From positions 1 through 50,768 of the IMG/VR virus record IMGVR_UViG_3300012917_000004: DNA of 50,768 nt; one strand, written 5' to 3'. This document shows positions 46,169 to 50,768 of this stretch, in pieces. The notes beneath the pieces were generated by a model, which was not told the DNA's origin, did no database searches, and worked only from the letters and a program-made list of their open reading frames with translations. The number at the start of each line of letters is the position of its first letter. The stretch's first letter is position 1. A program made the position numbers and the translations under genes. Source of the DNA: a virus (Duplodnaviria > Caudoviricetes).

Positions 46169-46897
46169 ATGAGACGAATAATCGGAATAGTTGCCATTTT
46201 TTTCTTGCTGGGGGTTGGACTTGGGACATGGACTAAAAATAGAGAGCCAAACCCGGACATTAAAGGACCAACGACACATTATCATGGTTATGAACTCAAT
46301 CGTTTGGCTATTAAACGGGCTAAAGAGTTTACAGTTCTTATTTCTAACGAAGGTTTTTACAATGGGGAACGTGGAACTGGTGTTCTTATTGATGCTACAC
46401 ACGTTCTTACATGTGCTCATGTAGTTAAAAATATTGACGATGATATATGGATTTTTCCCTATCCTGGTAGGATTTTAGTTAAGGGAAAGCCTGTAGTTTT
46501 TGATCGTAGCGTTGATTTGGCCGTTCTTGAACTTAATAGATCGGTTCCATTGGCACATTATGCGACATTTCAAGAGATGCATTATGATGGGGAACCTATA
46601 ACAATTATAGGGAATATGATGGGATCAATGAAATGGTTTGTGAGTTTTGGTGTTATAAGTAGTGATTTTAAAGGGTTTCTTTTGACAGATGGCCTGATTA
46701 ACGGCGGCAATAGTGGCGGTCCATGGATTAATGAACAAGGTGAAGTTGTGGCACTGACAGATTGGACATTAGTTCATGATAATATAGACAGAGGTATACA
46801 TGGTGGTGTAATGGCGAAAACGATTCATGAATTCTTAAAGAGTTGGCGGTCGCCGCCCTTAGGTGCACTATTACAAATGTTACTTGGTAGTAAATAG
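46169..46897 (+). CDS. Trypsin-like serine protease with an N-terminal signal/anchor
   Basis: Catalytic triad motifs TCAHV, DLAVL and GNSGG. Confidence 0.92.
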   Translation: MRRIIGIVAIFFLLGVGLGTWTKNREPNPDIKGPTTHYHGYELNRLAIKRAKEFTVLISNEGFYNGERGTGVLIDATHVLTCAHVVKNIDDDIWIFPYPGRILVKGKPVVFDRSVDLAVLELNRSVPLAHYATFQEMHYDGEPITIIGNMMGSMKWFVSFGVISSDFKGFLLTDGLINGGNSGGPWINEQGEVVALTDWTLVHDNIDRGIHGGVMAKTIHEFLKSWRSPPLGALLQMLLGSK

Positions 46898-47235
46898 TGA
46901 AGTTATTCGTCGATGATGTACGAAACCGCCCCGAAGGGTGGTATATTGCTCGGACTGTTACAGATGCTATTCGTATATTGGCCAGTATGCCAGTAAAAGA
47001 AGTTAGTCTCGACCATGATATTGCGTTTCAGGGGCGGCATGGCGCAGAACTAGAAACTTTTGAGGGTGTCGCTTGGTATATTGCTGGAATGGCGATTGAT
47101 AAACGCCCAGTTATAGTATATATTCATACAGCTAATATGTTAGCGGCAGCACGTATGGCTCAAATTCTTAGCGACGCAGGTATAAACGCAGTAATACGAT
47201 CAGTTGATGAGAGTTTGCCGGAGAGGGAAATATGA
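46897..47235 (+). CDS. Cyclic-phosphate-processing receiver-like domain protein
   Basis: KLFVDDVR..W..AR..VSLDHD..IHTAN signature. Confidence 0.8.
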   Translation: MKLFVDDVRNRPEGWYIARTVTDAIRILASMPVKEVSLDHDIAFQGRHGAELETFEGVAWYIAGMAIDKRPVIVYIHTANMLAAARMAQILSDAGINAVIRSVDESLPEREI

Positions 47236-47298
47236 GAGGACTACTCTTTATTGCGGCGGGATACTTCGTGGTGATAGGATTTTGCTTCTGGATGATGC

Positions 47299-47820
47299 TT
47301 AAATTCCAATGATTTCTATGGTGAAATGAGATGGGAGTAGTGCCATTAATTTACAAAACGCCTCTTTACTGTTGCCCAGGGAAACATTATCTCTGGTGGT
47401 TCCTACAGCAACACAGCCCAAAAGCTGCATTGGATAATTTGCCGGATGGATTTCGATGTATGTTCTCGACGGAACAACAATGTGTGGAGTTTGCATGTCG
47501 AAATGCGGCGAATATTCAAGATGGACGTCGTAAGAACCAGATAGAATGGCTCTCGCTTTATTCTCCATCGAATAACATATCACCGTCGGATCAGGCTTAA
47601 TCGTAATCCTTCCAAAAAGACCCTCCGCTGTTTCTTGATCCCGTGTTACGACCAGGATTGTCACATTTTTCGATGTCGATGTTGAAGGCGCATCGCTCGC
47701 GGGGACATTTGGTAATGCGCCACCATTGGGCACTATGCTTTGAGCGTTCGAAGACGCGAACAGGTTCGACACGAAGGTTGCAGCCTGGACAAACCATTGC
47801 ATCCATACATTAGGCTCCAT
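47299..47820 (-). CDS. DUF5675-type putative endolysin; start at ATG 47820 or GTG 47664
   Basis: GSYDVHLEYSPHF..VPSRTYIEIHPANYPMQLLGCVAVG His/Cys motif. Confidence 0.75.
   Translation of the reverse strand: MEPNVWMQWFVQAATFVSNLFASSNAQSIVPNGGALPNVPASDAPSTSTSKNVTILVVTRDQETAEGLFGRITIKPDPTVICYSMENKARAILSGSYDVHLEYSPHFDMQTPHIVVPSRTYIEIHPANYPMQLLGCVAVGTTRDNVSLGNSKEAFCKLMALLPSHFTIEIIGI
47597..47806 (-). CDS. Small zinc-ribbon protein overlapping the lysin ORF
   Basis: CPGC..CPRERC; SD GGAG 8 nt upstream. Confidence 0.5.
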   Translation of the reverse strand: MDAMVCPGCNLRVEPVRVFERSKHSAQWWRITKCPRERCAFNIDIEKCDNPGRNTGSRNSGGSFWKDYD

Positions 47821-47822
47821 GA

Positions 47823-47996
47823 TTACTTTCCCGTCATGTGAATATGCTTAACTGCTTCGATTATTAAAGGCGAACTAAGTACAAACCATAAAAACTTTTT
47901 TAGCCATTTCAAATCGGCACGTATTTCCCCGGATTCCACAAGATGTTTTTCAACGGTTTCTTCAAGCTTCGTCATACGCTTATCGAGACTCGGCAT
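47823..47996 (-). CDS. Small coiled-coil plus TM protein (XhlA/holin-like), 57 aa
   Basis: Read manually: MPSLDKRMTKLEE..LKWLKKFLWFVLSSPLII; SD AAAGGA; upstream of the lysin. Confidence 0.6.
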   Translation of the reverse strand: MPSLDKRMTKLEETVEKHLVESGEIRADLKWLKKFLWFVLSSPLIIEAVKHIHMTGK

Positions 47997-49821
47997 TGGT
48001 TTTTCCTTTCTGACTTAAAATAAAAGCTTTCATCTTATCCTCCATAGACGTGTTGAACGGTTCAGCCGCCTTTTGGGTAGTACGCACCTGTTGGGCAGCA
48101 GGACTATCGGCCATTTTTTGCTTCGCCGCTGCATATGCAGGATCACGCTGGCTTAATGTGAAATCTGTGATAGCCTGAGATTTGGCTATCTCACCAGAAT
48201 CTTTGGCATTCGCGGCATTTCTTTGGAAAACGGGCTTCCAAGGGGCTAAAGCCGGATGATCGATATTTATAGTCGTAGGAGAGGGAGAAGGCGTTCCTAT
48301 AGGCGTTGTAGTTGCATGGACTGGCTTAGTTTCACCCATATTTTGCTGCATTGGTGCATTTGCATCCATAAGCTGCGCTCCAAGCACAGGTAATTTTCCT
48401 GTTAGTTTTGGGATAGTGTTTGCTGCACTTTGGGCAGCCGAAGCCATAACTTTAGGATTATTGAGTGTAGCAGTAAAAGCTCCGATTCCCCATAAAGGGT
48501 GCCCTGCACCAATAAGACCAAGAGACGTTAATGCATTGATCGAAGGGTCAGTTTGCCCAGGCATAGAAGCAGCGAGTTTCCCCATCATACCAAAAGCTCT
48601 AGGCTGCACTGTACCAGTCCTTTCCCTCCCTAGAACGTCTTGAAGGCCATCTACTACAGGATATAGCTTAGAGTAGCCAGTCATGGCGTCTTTTAGTTGG
48701 TCAGGGAGATCAGGATTAGTCGCTGCTTTGTTAACAATCTCTTTCTGCCCCGCACCAAGTTGACTATAAACATCTGCCGCCGCTGGATTTTTTACAGCAC
48801 CATTTTCGAACGCAGATGTGCCATAAGATTTCTTTAATTGTTGAAGCTGATCGAAAGTGATAAAGCTCGGAGCCATATTTGATTCAGCGATATCTGGTCC
48901 TACACGTTCTGCTCCATTGCGATTAGCCATCGTCATGATATCGGCCATTCCGCGCTTATAAAATAAAGCTGCTTTTCTTTCATCTGGATTAGCGAGCGCA
49001 GATGCGGCGTTATATTTCTCACCGAGCATATCAAGCAATGGTTTTGTATCAGCGGTAAGACCAAGGTCAGTGGCTTGATTGCCAATTTGCCCAATCGTAT
49101 TACCATATTGTTCATGTAAAGCTTTGGCTGTATCAAACATTTGTTGCGTAGAAGCCCCCGGCTTGATAATACCTTTATCCATAAGCATCTTTCCTGTGTC
49201 GATGACTTCTTGCTGGCTCATATTACCTAGTTTATCAGCACCAAGACCGACACTTTGGGAAGCCTTTTTCGCCGCAAATCCTTCAATAGCGGGAACCGTT
49301 TCGTTAGCGAGCCCACCGAGTTTCTGCCCAATTGCGCCCCCCGCCGCACCTAGGCCAGCCCCTAGAGCAACATCGCCTACGGCTTTTGCGCCACTTCCCC
49401 CCGCCGCCAACGTATCTATAGCATTACCAGCTCCAAATCCAGCCCCAATCATCGCCCCTTCGCCTGCTGCTCCTGCCATACTGGCTGGAACTGAAGAACC
49501 ACCAGTAAGAATGGCTGGTGCAGCTACCCCAGCAGCTTGTCCAGCAATACGCGCCACTTCATGATTTGCTTTATCTGCTTCGATTTCTTTTTCTAGTTCT
49601 TGACGTTCTTGCAGATAAGGCTTTTTCTCGGCTACACCCGCAGCCGCAGAATAGGCCTGCTCCCCAAGAGGAAGCATACCCGCTGCACCACGACCTGCAG
49701 CCCCTAGAGCTGTAGTTTCGTCGGTAGGTTCATCTTGACCGATAGCTGGCACACCGCCAATAGCAGAAAAATCTATTTTGCCGCTATGCGCGGGTACTGC
49801 ACCAAGAGATGAGAAGTCCAT
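47980..49821 (-). CDS. Probable ejection/internal virion protein, 613 aa
   Basis: DFSxxGxVPA N-terminal repeat, glycine-zipper hydrophobic segments, helical body. Confidence 0.7.
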   Translation of the reverse strand: MDFSSLGAVPAHSGKIDFSAIGGVPAIGQDEPTDETTALGAAGRGAAGMLPLGEQAYSAAAGVAEKKPYLQERQELEKEIEADKANHEVARIAGQAAGVAAPAILTGGSSVPASMAGAAGEGAMIGAGFGAGNAIDTLAAGGSGAKAVGDVALGAGLGAAGGAIGQKLGGLANETVPAIEGFAAKKASQSVGLGADKLGNMSQQEVIDTGKMLMDKGIIKPGASTQQMFDTAKALHEQYGNTIGQIGNQATDLGLTADTKPLLDMLGEKYNAASALANPDERKAALFYKRGMADIMTMANRNGAERVGPDIAESNMAPSFITFDQLQQLKKSYGTSAFENGAVKNPAAADVYSQLGAGQKEIVNKAATNPDLPDQLKDAMTGYSKLYPVVDGLQDVLGRERTGTVQPRAFGMMGKLAASMPGQTDPSINALTSLGLIGAGHPLWGIGAFTATLNNPKVMASAAQSAANTIPKLTGKLPVLGAQLMDANAPMQQNMGETKPVHATTTPIGTPSPSPTTINIDHPALAPWKPVFQRNAANAKDSGEIAKSQAITDFTLSQRDPAYAAAKQKMADSPAAQQVRTTQKAAEPFNTSMEDKMKAFILSQKGKTNAESR

Positions 49822-50768
49822 TAGGGTTGCACCGTGAGATTTGGATCCATTTGCTTTGCTTTAGCAATATTAGCGGCGGGAATCCACTGAGACGGTCCTC
49901 CGTCTGACGGCTTTACAAGGATATTGCCTTGCGCTCGATGAAAGTATTGATCTGCTAATTTAGCACCACTAGCCTGTAATTGCGCGGCACTTGGTTTCAT
50001 GCTTAGAATAGAAGCATTTTTCGTCGCATTATCTACATCAGTACCCGCTTGAGCATGTGCTTTCATGTAAAGATCGGCGTCTTTTTCTTGTTTGGCTACT
50101 TGAGCCGATAGAAGCGAAAGATATGATGGTAAATCTTTTTTCATCGTGCCTTTAGGAGCTCCAATCATGCCATTCAAATGTTCGTCAACGCCATAAGCAT
50201 CCGCAGCAGCGGCTTGCTTTAAGGCATTGTCGCCCATTTGGGTCTGTAGCTGTAGTTTTTGAATCCTATCTTGCCGAGCTTTGTCAAAATTAGCTAACGC
50301 TTCATCGCGCTGCTGCTTTTGCATACTAAATATGCCTTGTAGCGAGTGCTGTTCCCGGCCACCTTTTGCCGCAATAGCATCGCCAAGACCAGAAATCGCT
50401 TCGGCAATTACTGAGCCGATACCATGCTGCTGCTCTTGCATTTTACCAGTGAGGGCTTGTCGATCTTCTGGATTCACGCCAGCCGTTAATTTAGACGTAT
50501 CTTGATTAAACATGTTTCCAATATTGGGCATATTCGATGGAGCGGTTGATCCAGGTGCAGGCGGTGCGACAATGGGCATAGGAGTTGGTAAAGGCTGCAT
50601 TGGCGGCGCGGGCGTAGGTGATGGCGGAGCAGCTTGGATAGGCGCAGGCGAAGCTGGTATTCCCGCCATAGCTCCGGCAATAGGAAGTGCTGCCTTCGCT
50701 TCTTGACCTACGATATTCTGAATTGGGGCAGATTGGGCAAAGTCGGCTATTGCTCCCATTGGATTCAT
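49821..50768 (-). CDS. Probable ejection/internal virion protein, 315 aa
   Basis: Pro-rich N-terminus and coiled coil; TAATG coupling to the next gene. Confidence 0.7.
   Translation of the reverse strand: MNPMGAIADFAQSAPIQNIVGQEAKAALPIAGAMAGIPASPAPIQAAPPSPTPAPPMQPLPTPMPIVAPPAPGSTAPSNMPNIGNMFNQDTSKLTAGVNPEDRQALTGKMQEQQHGIGSVIAEAISGLGDAIAAKGGREQHSLQGIFSMQKQQRDEALANFDKARQDRIQKLQLQTQMGDNALKQAAAADAYGVDEHLNGMIGAPKGTMKKDLPSYLSLLSAQVAKQEKDADLYMKAHAQAGTDVDNATKNASILSMKPSAAQLQASGAKLADQYFHRAQGNILVKPSDGGPSQWIPAANIAKAKQMDPNLTVQP

Noticed and set aside
1-50768. Stop-codon recoding, diversity-generating retroelement, integrase or CRISPR array
   Set aside because: Core genes are intact in the standard code and TAA, TAG and TGA all end genes; no reverse transcriptase, recombinase or repeat-spacer array was seen.

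Overview
The window looks like a complete or near-complete, circularly permuted genome of a tailed dsDNA phage with podovirus-like organisation: no tape measure, sheath or major tail tube gene is evident, and several large Ala/Gln/Gly-rich candidate ejection proteins are present. The minus strand (27.2 kb down to 1, continuing 50.8 down to 47.3 kb) carries packaging, head, tail, ejection and lysis genes. The plus strand (27.8-47.3 kb) carries early small genes, a sigma-70 region-4 protein, exonucleases, a primase-polymerase/helicase, family A DNA polymerase, nucleotide-metabolism genes, HNH nucleases and a trypsin-like protease. No integrase, CRISPR array or rRNA was seen, and the host cannot be determined. 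The most interesting signals are: (1) an ejection-protein cluster combining a compact C-terminal Hint autoprocessing domain, an overlapping GNAT gene and a [FYM]-x-x-G-G tag repeated in three proteins; (2) a non-coding block ahead of the major capsid gene holding two atypical tRNA-like elements and a predicted pseudoknotted leader; (3) two genes that appear to need ATC/ATT start codons, one apparently created by a homing-endonuclease insertion. All protein calls come from motif recognition by eye, not from database searches.
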